Shown here piece by piece: positions 1 to 6,056 of a DNA stretch of 7,622 nucleotides. How positions within the stretch are numbered: position 1 is the first letter of the stretch; every line of letters begins with the position of its first letter. Under the pieces are notes generated by a model. That model worked only from the letters and a program-made list of their open reading frames with translations, did not search any database and was not told the DNA's origin. The DNA is taken from the IMG/VR virus record IMGVR_UViG_2690316142_000009; one strand, given 5' to 3'. The translations under genes were made by a program, and so were the position numbers. The stretch comes from a virus (Duplodnaviria > Heunggongvirae > Uroviricota > Caudoviricetes).

Positions 1-34
1 AGGAAGGAGTGTCCGTTAAACTCAGGCTACCTCA
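1..34 (-). mobile_element. Terminal inverted repeat (orfA-proximal end) of a second IS3-family copy whose body lies upstream of the window
   Basis: Bases 1-34 (AGGAAGGAGTGTCCGTTAAACTCAGGCTACCTCA) are identical 34/34 to 5645-5678, the orfA-proximal end of the complete IS at 4425-5678. Identity stops at 35 (GGTTATTCGC versus AAAACACGAT at 5679). Same orientation as the complete copy. Confidence 0.6.
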
Positions 35-711
35 GGTTATTCGCTTCTGGGCATGGGCGGATCAACAAATGATAGACGGTAATGCAGATTGTAACGCTCG
101 CGGCGTTACAAAAAGTGCAATAGATCGCATCACTTTTATGTCTGGTTTTGCTGATGCGTTAATTCAGGTTGGATGGCTGGTCGAAAATGACGGAGGGCTT
201 TCTCTACCTAACTTTGAACGTCATAACGGAAAAAGCTCTAAAAAAAACGGGCGGTTACAAACGAGCGAGTAACAAAAATACGCGAACTGAAACGAAAAGG
301 TAACGCTGCCAGCGTTACACAAACGGATCAAAAAGCGTTACCAGAGGAAGAGGAAGAGGAAGATCTAAATACTGATCTCCCCCTCGCCAAAAACGAGCGT
401 CTAAAAAATTCGAGCCGGAGGCTATTGAGCTGCCCGATTGGTTGCCGGAAACACTCTGGCATGAGTGGGTCCGGTTCAGACAGGCATTGCGAAAACCGAT
501 TCGAACGGAGCAGGGCGCTAACGGGGCGATACGGGAACTGGAAAAATTCCGTCAGCAGGGTTTTACACCTGAGCAGGTGATTCGACACAGCATCGCCAAT
601 GAATACCAGGGCCTGTTCGCGCCGAAAGGTGTTCGGCCTGAGACGTTGCTCCGACAGGTTAACACCGTCTCGTTGCCGGACAGTGCGATCCCGCCAGGCT
701 TCAGGGGGTAA
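35..711 (+). pseudogene. Remnant of a phage replication-initiator / replisome-organizer gene, 5' end removed by the IS and reading frame broken twice
   Basis: Three consecutive protein-like open stretches in different frames: frame 0 (35-272, ...FWAWADQQMIDGNADCNARGV...), frame 2 (open 242-577, KIRELKRKGNAASVTQTDQKALPEEEEEED) and frame 1 (open 376-711, ...KKFEPEAIELPDWLPETLWHEWVRFRQALRKPIRTEQG...). No ATG/GTG with an SD begins the frame-1 segment. Lies directly upstream of the DnaC-like gene, as initiator genes do in lambdoid phages. Family identity not verified. Confidence 0.45.
344..361 (+). repeat. (GAGGAA)x3 hexanucleotide repeat, encoding an acidic EEEEEE run in frame 2
   Basis: Direct reading: gaggaagaggaagaggaa at 344-361. 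Confidence 0.5.
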
Positions 712-717
712 CGGACC

Positions 718-1464
718 ATGAAAAATATTGCGACAGGCGGCGTTCTGGAACGCATCCGCCGACTGACCCCGCCACATGTAACCGCCCCATTCAGAACGGT
801 AGCGGAGTGGCGCGAGTGGCAACTTGCTGAAGGCCAGAAACGTAGCGAGGAGATCAACCGCCTGAATCGCCAGTTGCGGGTGGAAAAAATTCTGAATCGC
901 TCAGGCATCCAGCCGTTGCACCGTAAATGCTCGTTTGCGAATTACCAGGTGCAGAACGACGGCCAGCGATACGCGTTAAGCCAGGCGAAATCCATCGCCG
1001 ATGAACTGATGACCGGGTGTACAAATTTTGCGTTCAGCGGAAAACCTGGTACCGGGAAGAATCACTTAGCGGCAGCTATCGGGAATCGCCTGCTGAAAGA
1101 CGGTCAGACAGTGATTGTGGTTACCGTGGCTGATGTTATGAGCGCCCTGCACGCCAGCTATGACGACGGGCAGTCAGGCGAAAAATTTTTGCGGGAGCTG
1201 TGCGAAGTGGATCTGCTGGTTCTTGATGAAATTGGCATTCAGCGCGAGACGAAAAACGAGCAGGTGGTGCTGCACCAGATTGTTGATCGCCGGACAGCGT
1301 CGATGCGCAGCGTGGGGATGCTGACAAACCTGAACTATGAGGTGATGAAAACATTGCTCGGCGAGCGGGTGATGGATCGCATGGTCATGAACGGCGGGCG
1401 CTGGGTGAATTTTAACTGGGAGAGCTGGCGTCCGAATGTTAGCCATTCGAGGGTTGTTAAGTAG
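718..1464 (+). CDS. DnaC-like AAA+ helicase loader (functional analogue of lambda P; compare Rac YdaV, also 248 aa)
   Basis: 248-aa ORF. Walker A-like FSGKPGTGKNHLAAAIG and Walker B-like LLVLDEIG in DnaC-like spacing. G-rich SD-like stretch (GGGGG) 9 nt upstream of the ATG. Positioned after the initiator remnant. Confidence 0.85.
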   Translation: MKNIATGGVLERIRRLTPPHVTAPFRTVAEWREWQLAEGQKRSEEINRLNRQLRVEKILNRSGIQPLHRKCSFANYQVQNDGQRYALSQAKSIADELMTGCTNFAFSGKPGTGKNHLAAAIGNRLLKDGQTVIVVTVADVMSALHASYDDGQSGEKFLRELCEVDLLVLDEIGIQRETKNEQVVLHQIVDRRTASMRSVGMLTNLNYEVMKTLLGERVMDRMVMNGGRWVNFNWESWRPNVSHSRVVK

Positions 1465-1478
1465 TTTCAGGAGGATTT

Positions 1479-1901
1479 ATGGCGAAACCTTTTACTCCCG
1501 AACAGCGGGAAGAACTGAAGACGCGAATTGTGGAACTCGTGCATCAGGACGGTCGGGTCACGATTCGGCAGTTGTCAGATGAAACAGGTATCAGTCGTGC
1601 GTCTGTCGGTCGCTTATGCATAGAACTGGTCGCAAGTGGTGATGTATATAATTCTGGCTACGGCTTATTCCCGTCTGAACAGGCTCGCAAGGACTGGCAA
1701 AGCGCCCGCAAAAAACTCTCGAGAGTAAAGGTGAGGAAACCGGTTGTTGTTGATCCGGACCTTATCTGGTCATTACCTGACGGAGAAATACGCCGCTACG
1801 ACAGGCGCCTGAATATAATCTGTCGCGAGTGCCGGAAGAGCGAAGCTATGCAGCGTGTACTGGCTTTCTATCAGGGTAATTTTCAGGAGGCGATACTGTG
1901 A
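1479..1901 (+). CDS. Hypothetical protein with N-terminal winged-HTH-like segment (140 aa)
   Basis: GGAGG SD 5-6 nt upstream of ATG 1479. HTH-like stretch VTIRQLSDETGISRASVGRLCIELVASGDV. Starts 15 nt after the DnaC-like gene and is immediately followed by the next gene. Function not recognised. Confidence 0.6.
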   Translation: MAKPFTPEQREELKTRIVELVHQDGRVTIRQLSDETGISRASVGRLCIELVASGDVYNSGYGLFPSEQARKDWQSARKKLSRVKVRKPVVVDPDLIWSLPDGEIRRYDRRLNIICRECRKSEAMQRVLAFYQGNFQEAIL

Positions 1902-1958
1902 ATGAAATTAGCTATCAGGCTTCAATTACCGCTGGCATTCGCATCAAAGGAGAGGAGC

Positions 1959-2315
1959 ATGGAAATAAAACCAGAAGATGAGTTAAGCAATATCGTTTTA
2001 TTTCCGGTAAAAGAGGATGACCCTCGTAATCAGGTTAATTTTCTTTATGAGCCATCGGAAAGACCATATTGCCATCACGCCTCTGTACGGGTTGACGAAA
2101 AAGAGCGTCAGGTCCGCTGTAAAATCTGCGGTGCGGTTGTGGAGCCGTTTGACTGGATGCTCTCTGTGGCAAAAAGAGAAACCAGACTGGCAGATGATGT
2201 AAGGCTATTGCGCCAGGAGGAACAGGAAAGGCGGAGAAATATAGAAAAGCTGATACAGATTGAGCGTAACGCGAAAGCGCGGATACGCAGGGCGACAAAA
2301 TCCAGAACTGAATAA
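1959..2315 (+). CDS. Hypothetical Zn-ribbon-like (C-H-H...C-x2-C) protein with basic, coiled-coil-like C-terminus (118 aa from ATG 1959)
   Basis: The ORF track starts at ATG 1902, which directly follows the upstream stop (TGAATG). The in-frame ATG at 1959 has a much stronger SD (AAGGAGAGGAG ending 4 nt upstream), so 1959 is preferred. Cys/His cluster YCHH...RCKICG, then an Arg/Glu/Lys-rich tail. Confidence 0.55.
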   Translation: MEIKPEDELSNIVLFPVKEDDPRNQVNFLYEPSERPYCHHASVRVDEKERQVRCKICGAVVEPFDWMLSVAKRETRLADDVRLLRQEEQERRRNIEKLIQIERNAKARIRRATKSRTE

Positions 2316-2462
2316 TTAAATTTAGCACTGTTAAAAATTTAATCCTTAACCGGAGGGATTTCTGCACCCTCAAATCATCAGGAGACCACCCGAAAGGGCG
2401 GGGAGCAGTCACACATCTGTTTCCGATAGCCCCGTTCTAATGCTACACTCTTTGATATTTTT

Positions 2463-3149
2463 ATGACCCCAATAAACATATTTATGACAGTTGCTGATTT
2501 CAAACGGCCCAAATTGGAGCTCCCAAACGGGGCAAACAAACTACTACTGCACTCTTGCTGTGCTCCATGTTCCGGTGAGGTGATGGAGGCGCTTCAGGCC
2601 TCGGGAATCGACTACACCATCTTTTTCTACAACCCGAACATTCATCCTCAGAAAGAGTATTTAATTCGTAAGGATGAGAATATTCGCTTTGCTGAACAAC
2701 ACGGCGTGCCGTTTATTGATGCTGATTACGACACAGACAACTGGTTTGAACGAGCCAAAGGAATGGAATGGGAGCCCGAACGAGGGATCCGTTGCACCAT
2801 GTGTTTTGACATGCGTTTTGAGCGGACAGCGCTGTACGCCGCTGAAAATGGTTTCAGTGTGATCAGCAGTTCACTGGGCATTTCACGCTGGAAAAATATG
2901 CAGCAGGTTAACGACTGTGGGCGGCGAGCCGTCGCGCATTATCCGGGCATGGTGTACTGGGATTATAACTGGCGCAAGCAGGGCGGCTCGTCCCGTATGA
3001 TTGAAATCAGCAAGCGCGAAAAATTCTATCAGCAGGAATATTGTGGCTGTGTGTATTCTCTGCGCGATACCAATCTACACCGCAAATCTCAGGGACGCCC
3101 TCTTATCAAAATTGGTCAACTCCACTACGGTAAAGAAGAGAAGGAGTGA
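2463..3149 (+). CDS. queH: QueH-like (DUF208) Fe-S protein, putative epoxyqueuosine reductase
   Basis: 228-aa ORF with Cys motifs [24 protein letters not shown] and YCGCVY, which I recall as characteristic of the DUF208/QueH family. No HMM run. Start uncertain: neither ATG 2463 nor in-frame ATG 2485 has an SD. Confidence 0.55.
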   Translation: MTPINIFMTVADFKRPKLELPNGANKLLLHSCCAPCSGEVMEALQASGIDYTIFFYNPNIHPQKEYLIRKDENIRFAEQHGVPFIDADYDTDNWFERAKGMEWEPERGIRCTMCFDMRFERTALYAAENGFSVISSSLGISRWKNMQQVNDCGRRAVAHYPGMVYWDYNWRKQGGSSRMIEISKREKFYQQEYCGCVYSLRDTNLHRKSQGRPLIKIGQLHYGKEEKE

Positions 3150-3204
3150 TTTTATGGGGCACCTTTCTGATTGATTTCATATTGGCGAGGTAAGTAGAAT
3201 GACT

Positions 3205-3218
3205 GCGGGTGCTTGAGG
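3205..3218 (+). promoter_or_regulatory. hok mRNA 5' fold-back-inhibition (fbi) element
   Basis: GCGGGTGCTTGAGG at 3205-3218 is the reverse complement of CCTCAACGCACCCGC at 3590-3604, apart from a 1-nt bulge. This 5'/3' long-range pairing is the known hallmark of hok-family mRNAs. Confidence 0.5.
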
Positions 3219-3261
3219 CTATCTGCTTCAGGCATGAACACCAAAAGGCAGATAGAGAAAA

Positions 3262-3328
3262 GCCCCAGTTAACATTACGCGTCCGGCAAGACGCTTAACA
3301 TTAATCTGAGGCCAATTTCATGCTTTGC
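3262..3328 (-). ncRNA. sok: Sok-like antisense RNA (approximate extent), antisense to the hok leader
   Basis: Minus-strand sigma70-like promoter: -35 TTGCCT (reverse complement of 3358-3363), 17-bp spacer, -10 TAACCT (reverse complement of 3335-3340). Transcription would start near 3328 and run antisense across the upstream ATG/leader region, as expected for Sok. 3' end not defined; no clean terminator found. Confidence 0.3.
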
Positions 3329-3376
3329 ACATGTAGGTTAGCCTCTTACATGCCGAAAGGCAAGGAGAAGCAGGCT

Positions 3377-3532
3377 ATGAAGCAGCAAAAGGCGATGTTA
3401 ATCGCCCTGATCGTCATCTGTTTAACCGTCATAGTGACGGCACTGGTAACGAGGAAAGACCTCTGTGAGGTACGAATCCGAACCGGCCAGACGGAGGTCG
3501 CTGTCTTCGTAGACTACGAATCCAGGAAGTAA
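3377..3532 (+). CDS. hok: Hok/Gef-family type I toxin (51 aa, membrane peptide)
   Basis: MKQQKAMLIALIVICLTVIVTALVTRKDLCEVRIRTGQTEVAVF... is a near-match to the Hok/Gef family as I recall it, closest to HokD/RelF. AAGGAG SD 10 nt upstream of ATG 3377. The 70-aa ORF-track entry (3320-3532) is the same frame extended to an upstream ATG. Confidence 0.9.
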   Translation: MKQQKAMLIALIVICLTVIVTALVTRKDLCEVRIRTGQTEVAVFVDYESRK

Positions 3533-3589
3533 GAGTGACCGGGCGGGGAGCTGATCCCATCCCCGCCCACCTCTGATGTGTCAGGCATC

Positions 3590-3604
3590 CTCAACGCACC
3601 CGCA
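3590..3604 (+). promoter_or_regulatory. hok mRNA 3' fbi partner element
   Basis: Complementary to 3205-3218 (see that feature). A perfect 9-bp GC-rich hairpin (GGGCGGGGA at 3541-3549 pairing with TCCCCGCCC at 3560-3568) lies just upstream of it in the 3' UTR. Confidence 0.5.
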
Positions 3605-3610
3605 CTTAAC

Positions 3611-3659
3611 CCGCCCATCGCTGTGATCTCTCAGCGTTTCGGCGGGTTTTTTGTTGTTT
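3611..3659 (+). terminator. Intrinsic terminator at the 3' end of the hok transcript
   Basis: Composite helix: CCGCC 3611-3615 pairs with GGCGG 3641-3645, and CGCTG 3619-3623 pairs with CAGCG 3632-3636. Followed by T-rich tract TTTTTTGTTGTTT (3647-3659). Confidence 0.6.
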
Positions 3660-3672
3660 ATTTCCGGTGAAT

Positions 3673-3700
3673 TTGATTCGCGCACCTTCGCAGATAGAAT
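3673..3700 (+). promoter_or_regulatory. Candidate sigma70 promoter for the 95-aa ORF
   Basis: -35 TTGATT (3673-3678), 16-bp spacer, -10 TAGAAT (3695-3700), about 80 nt upstream of ATG 3782. Sequence match only. Confidence 0.35.
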
Positions 3701-3781
3701 CGACTCACTTAAGTAGCGCGCAGGGAGAAGAGGGATGGACCCCGAACAGGGGAGAGCTATTTATCTGGAAGGATTCTGAAG

Positions 3782-4069
3782 ATGAAAATCGAAGAATTGC
3801 GTGAAATTTTTAGTGAAAATGGCCTCTATGCTGTGCGCGTTGAGAATGGAGCGATTGTCAGCCATTGCCGCATTAGATGTTTGCAATCTCAACAAAGGAA
3901 GAGCGGTGCTGTGTTATTTTATTTTTGTAATGGACTTCTGACGGACGGTTTTATTTTGCGTGAGGACGAATTTGTCACATCATTACGGGTTTTGAAAGAG
4001 ATTGGTTTTAAGGCTGGTTTTCTGCTTTTGCTGAAGAATAAACTCATCTACAATCTTGAGCAGGATTGA
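3782..4069 (+). CDS. Hypothetical small protein (95 aa), AT-rich moron-like gene upstream of DUF1367 copy 1
   Basis: ATG 3782 with AAGGA about 8 nt upstream. Visibly more AT-rich than its neighbours. Weak N-terminal similarity to the 70-aa ORF at 5773-5985 (EELREIFSENGLYAVRVENGAIV versus KKLFSSKYAVIRRDDLSVIV). Occupies the same position relative to hok as rem does next to hokD in the Qin prophage; identity not verified. Confidence 0.5.
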   Translation: MKIEELREIFSENGLYAVRVENGAIVSHCRIRCLQSQQRKSGAVLFYFCNGLLTDGFILREDEFVTSLRVLKEIGFKAGFLLLLKNKLIYNLEQD

Positions 4070-4107
4070 ACTCCTGCTGTGTAACACCGTGCCACCGGAG
4101 AAAGCCG

Positions 4108-4424
4108 ATGGCACATATACAACTGGTCAAACAAACCTCTTCCGGATTACTTCTCCCGGCGACGCCGGAGAGTTGCGATTTTCTGCATCAAATCAAAACA
4201 GGTGAGTGGATACACGCAGACTTTAAGCGTGTGCGTAACTACGCATTCCACAAGCGTTTTTTCAAACTCCTGCAACTGGGATTCGATTACTGGACTCCGG
4301 TCGGTGGGGCGATCACGCCTCGCGAACGAAAACTGGTGTCCGGTTTCGTTGATTACCTGTGTGAATCAGTAGGCCGGGAACATACGCCAGCTCTGAGCGA
4401 AGCCGCAGAGCAATTGAGGTGTAC
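4108..4424 (+). pseudogene. DUF1367-like nin-region gene, copy 1, truncated after about codon 105 by the IS
   Basis: 4106-4424 is about 97% identical to 6055-6363 (the intact copy at 6057-6656). Identity ends exactly at the IS end (4425, TGAGGT...). The ORF then runs into IS sequence (LRCTGNSGHYHLFFF) to a stop at 4461. GGAG SD upstream of ATG 4108. Confidence 0.7.
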
Positions 4425-4457
4425 TGGCAATAGCGGACACTACCATTTGTTCTTTTT

Positions 4458-5276
4458 TTAAGCAGCCATCTGATGATATTTTTCCCTGAAGGCTGCCGGG
4501 GAGATATTCCCCAGACGAGAGTGACGACGCTGACGATTGTAGAAAATCTCAATGTATTCCCGTATTACTGAGATGGCTTCATCCCGGTTATTAAAACGAT
4601 AGTGGCTCAGGCTCTCATTTTTCAGCGTTCCCCAGAAGCTTTCCATCGGAGCGTTGTCGTAACAGTTACCTTTACGCGACATTGATGTTTTCAGACCAGA
4701 CTGCTCCTGTATGACCCGGTAATCGTATGCGCAGTACTGTGAACCTCGATCAGAGTGGTGGATTAGCCCGGCAGGTGGGCGCTGGCTCCTGAGCGCCATA
4801 AACAGGGCTTTACCTGTCAGCTCTTTTGTCATGCGCTCTCCCATGGCGTAGCCGACAATTTCGCACGTATAAACATCTTTGATGCCAGCGAGGTACAACC
4901 ATCCCTCCTGTGTGGCAACATACGTCAGGTCCGCCACCCAGACCTGATTTGGTGCTGTAGGAGCGAACGTCTGGTTCAGCAGATTTGGCGCAACTGGCAG
5001 ATTGTGGTTCGAGTTCGTAGTCGCTCTGAACTTGCGTTTCTGCTTACAGCGTAGCCTTAGCTCCTTACGAAGACGTGCCAGTCGGTCACGACCAACGATG
5101 ATGCCATTCTCTGCCAGCTCCGTCTGGAGCCGCCGGGTTCCATATGTTTCGCGAGTGCGGATATGTGCCACCTTAATCTCCAGTTTTAGCCGCTCATCAC
5201 TTTGTTTTCTGTCTGAGGGTTCATGCTGTACCCAGTTGTAATAACCGCTCCTGGATACACCAAATACCTGACACAT
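4458..5276 (-). CDS. IS3-family transposase OrfB (DDE catalytic domain), expected to be made as an OrfAB fusion
   Basis: 272-aa ORF. Its frame stays open upstream through the slippery site, and is -1 relative to orfA (manual translation: ...ILKK then SNSVFCTGVAEKYALIEQWRQQFPIEAMCQVFGV..., no stops). Confidence 0.85.
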   Translation of the reverse strand: MCQVFGVSRSGYYNWVQHEPSDRKQSDERLKLEIKVAHIRTRETYGTRRLQTELAENGIIVGRDRLARLRKELRLRCKQKRKFRATTNSNHNLPVAPNLLNQTFAPTAPNQVWVADLTYVATQEGWLYLAGIKDVYTCEIVGYAMGERMTKELTGKALFMALRSQRPPAGLIHHSDRGSQYCAYDYRVIQEQSGLKTSMSRKGNCYDNAPMESFWGTLKNESLSHYRFNNRDEAISVIREYIEIFYNRQRRHSRLGNISPAAFREKYHQMAA

Positions 5277-5311
5277 CGCTTCAATGGGAAATTGTTGTCG
5301 CCATTGTTCGA

Positions 5312-5614
5312 TTAACGCGTATTTTTCAGCGACTCCTGTGCAAAATACGCTGTTGCTTTTTTTAATATATCTCGCTCAAGGCGAGCTTCATTTAACGCCT
5401 TACGCAGTTGCAGAATTTCAGATTCCAGTTCAGCCACCGTGCGGGAACCAGGAGTACCGAGCCCTTTTCTGGCGGCGGTAACCCATTGTCCTAAAGTGCC
5501 TTCAGGAAGAGATAATCGGGAAGCGCCTTCACTGATCGAAAGTTGATTTTCAAGAACCGTTCTGACAGCTTCGGCTTTGAACTCTTTAGAGTAACGTTGG
5601 GTTTTTCTGCTCAT
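5312..5614 (-). CDS. IS3-family transposase OrfA (HTH DNA-binding / leucine-zipper component)
   Basis: 100-aa ORF starting about 30 nt inside the IS end. Heptad-like LxxxxxxL region (ELESEILQLRKALNEARLERDILKKA). Ends 15 codons after the slippery site. Confidence 0.85.
   Translation of the reverse strand: MSRKTQRYSKEFKAEAVRTVLENQLSISEGASRLSLPEGTLGQWVTAARKGLGTPGSRTVAELESEILQLRKALNEARLERDILKKATAYFAQESLKNTR
5357..5363 (-). other. Programmed -1 ribosomal frameshift slippery heptamer (A_AAA_AAA then G) joining orfA to orfB
   Basis: Minus strand reads TTA AAA AAA GCA in the orfA frame. The -1 frame from this point is open into orfB. Classic IS3-family arrangement. Confidence 0.6.
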
Positions 5615-5772
5615 TATTAGCTCCTTCTGATGCCATTCTATTTCAGGAAGGAGTGTCCGTTAAACTCAGGCTACCTCAAAAACACGATCATACACTAAAT
5701 CAGTAAGTTGGCAGCATCACCTTTTGTCTCTATGTTGATATAACCGTTTGTACTTATAAACCTGGAGGCATC

Positions 5773-5985
5773 GTGGAAAAAATAAAGAAACTATTTAGTA
5801 GTAAATACGCAGTCATACGTCGTGATGACCTGTCAGTTATAGTCGAAATGGATTACTTCCCTGAAACCAAAAAATCAATGATGTATCGTAATGGTCGAAA
5901 GGCAATTTTTTTACCGATGAGGGTAAGTGACATTATGGGAAATGATAAACTGCTGGATGAATTGCGAGTCAGAGCATCCTGTTAG
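5773..5985 (+). CDS. Hypothetical small protein (70 aa, GTG start), AT-rich, upstream of DUF1367 copy 2
   Basis: GGAGG (5764-5768) 4 nt upstream of GTG 5773. Begins about 95 nt after the IS end. Weak similarity to the 95-aa ORF at 3782. Function not recognised. Confidence 0.45.
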   Translation: MEKIKKLFSSKYAVIRRDDLSVIVEMDYFPETKKSMMYRNGRKAIFLPMRVSDIMGNDKLLDELRVRASC

Positions 5986-6056
5986 TATTGGCATTAATTC
6001 TGGTATACTACATAACGGGCTGAACACCCATTCTACTGCGCCAGCGGAGAACTACG

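Larger units (their letters stand above)
4425..5678 (-). mobile_element. IS3-family insertion sequence (1254 bp), similar in size to IS600/IS911-type elements
   Basis: Imperfect terminal inverted repeats starting TGAGGT at both ends (19/27 matching), ends TG...CA. Two overlapping minus-strand ORFs in 0/-1 frames with an A7G slippery site between them. OrfB carries the DDE transposase motifs typical of IS3-family proteins. No matching flanking target duplication (CAAT versus AAAA). Confidence 0.85.

Noticed and set aside
240-247. A8 run as a programmed frameshift or transcriptional slippage site
   Set aside because: The gene is already 5'-truncated by the IS and needs a second frame change downstream, so plain pseudogene decay is more parsimonious; kept only as a note under the pseudogene finding.
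328-908. Minus-strand ORFs 328-822 (164 aa) and 552-908 (118 aa)
   Set aside because: Antisense to the initiator remnant and the start of the DnaC-like gene. No SD, and Arg/Ser-rich low-complexity translation typical of antisense reading of a GC-balanced gene.
1136-1446. Minus-strand ORFs 1136-1354 and 1174-1446
   Set aside because: Lie entirely inside the well-supported DnaC-like gene on the opposite strand; composition looks like antisense artefact.
2035-2412. Minus-strand ORF 2035-2412 (125 aa), and plus ORFs 2017-2202 and 2674-2862
   Set aside because: Overlap the Zn-ribbon and QueH-like genes in alternative frames or on the opposite strand, with no independent start signals.
3269-3301. 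Direct 9-bp repeat TTAACATTA at 3269-3277 and 3293-3301
   Set aside because: Short, AT-rich, and inside the hok/sok leader where structure is already explained; likely incidental.
3320-3376. In-frame upstream extension of hok (70-aa ORF-track entry), possibly a mok-like leader ORF
   Set aside because: The ATG at 3377 with an AAGGAG SD gives the canonical 51-aa Hok. I could not establish from sequence alone whether the upstream in-frame ATGs (3320, 3350) are used, so the extension is not annotated as a separate gene.
4313-4552. Minus-strand ORF 4313-4552 spanning the DUF1367/IS junction; also plus ORFs 5002-5241 and 5284-5481 inside the IS
   Set aside because: Cross an IS boundary or lie antisense to the transposase genes; no start signals; artefacts of the junction.
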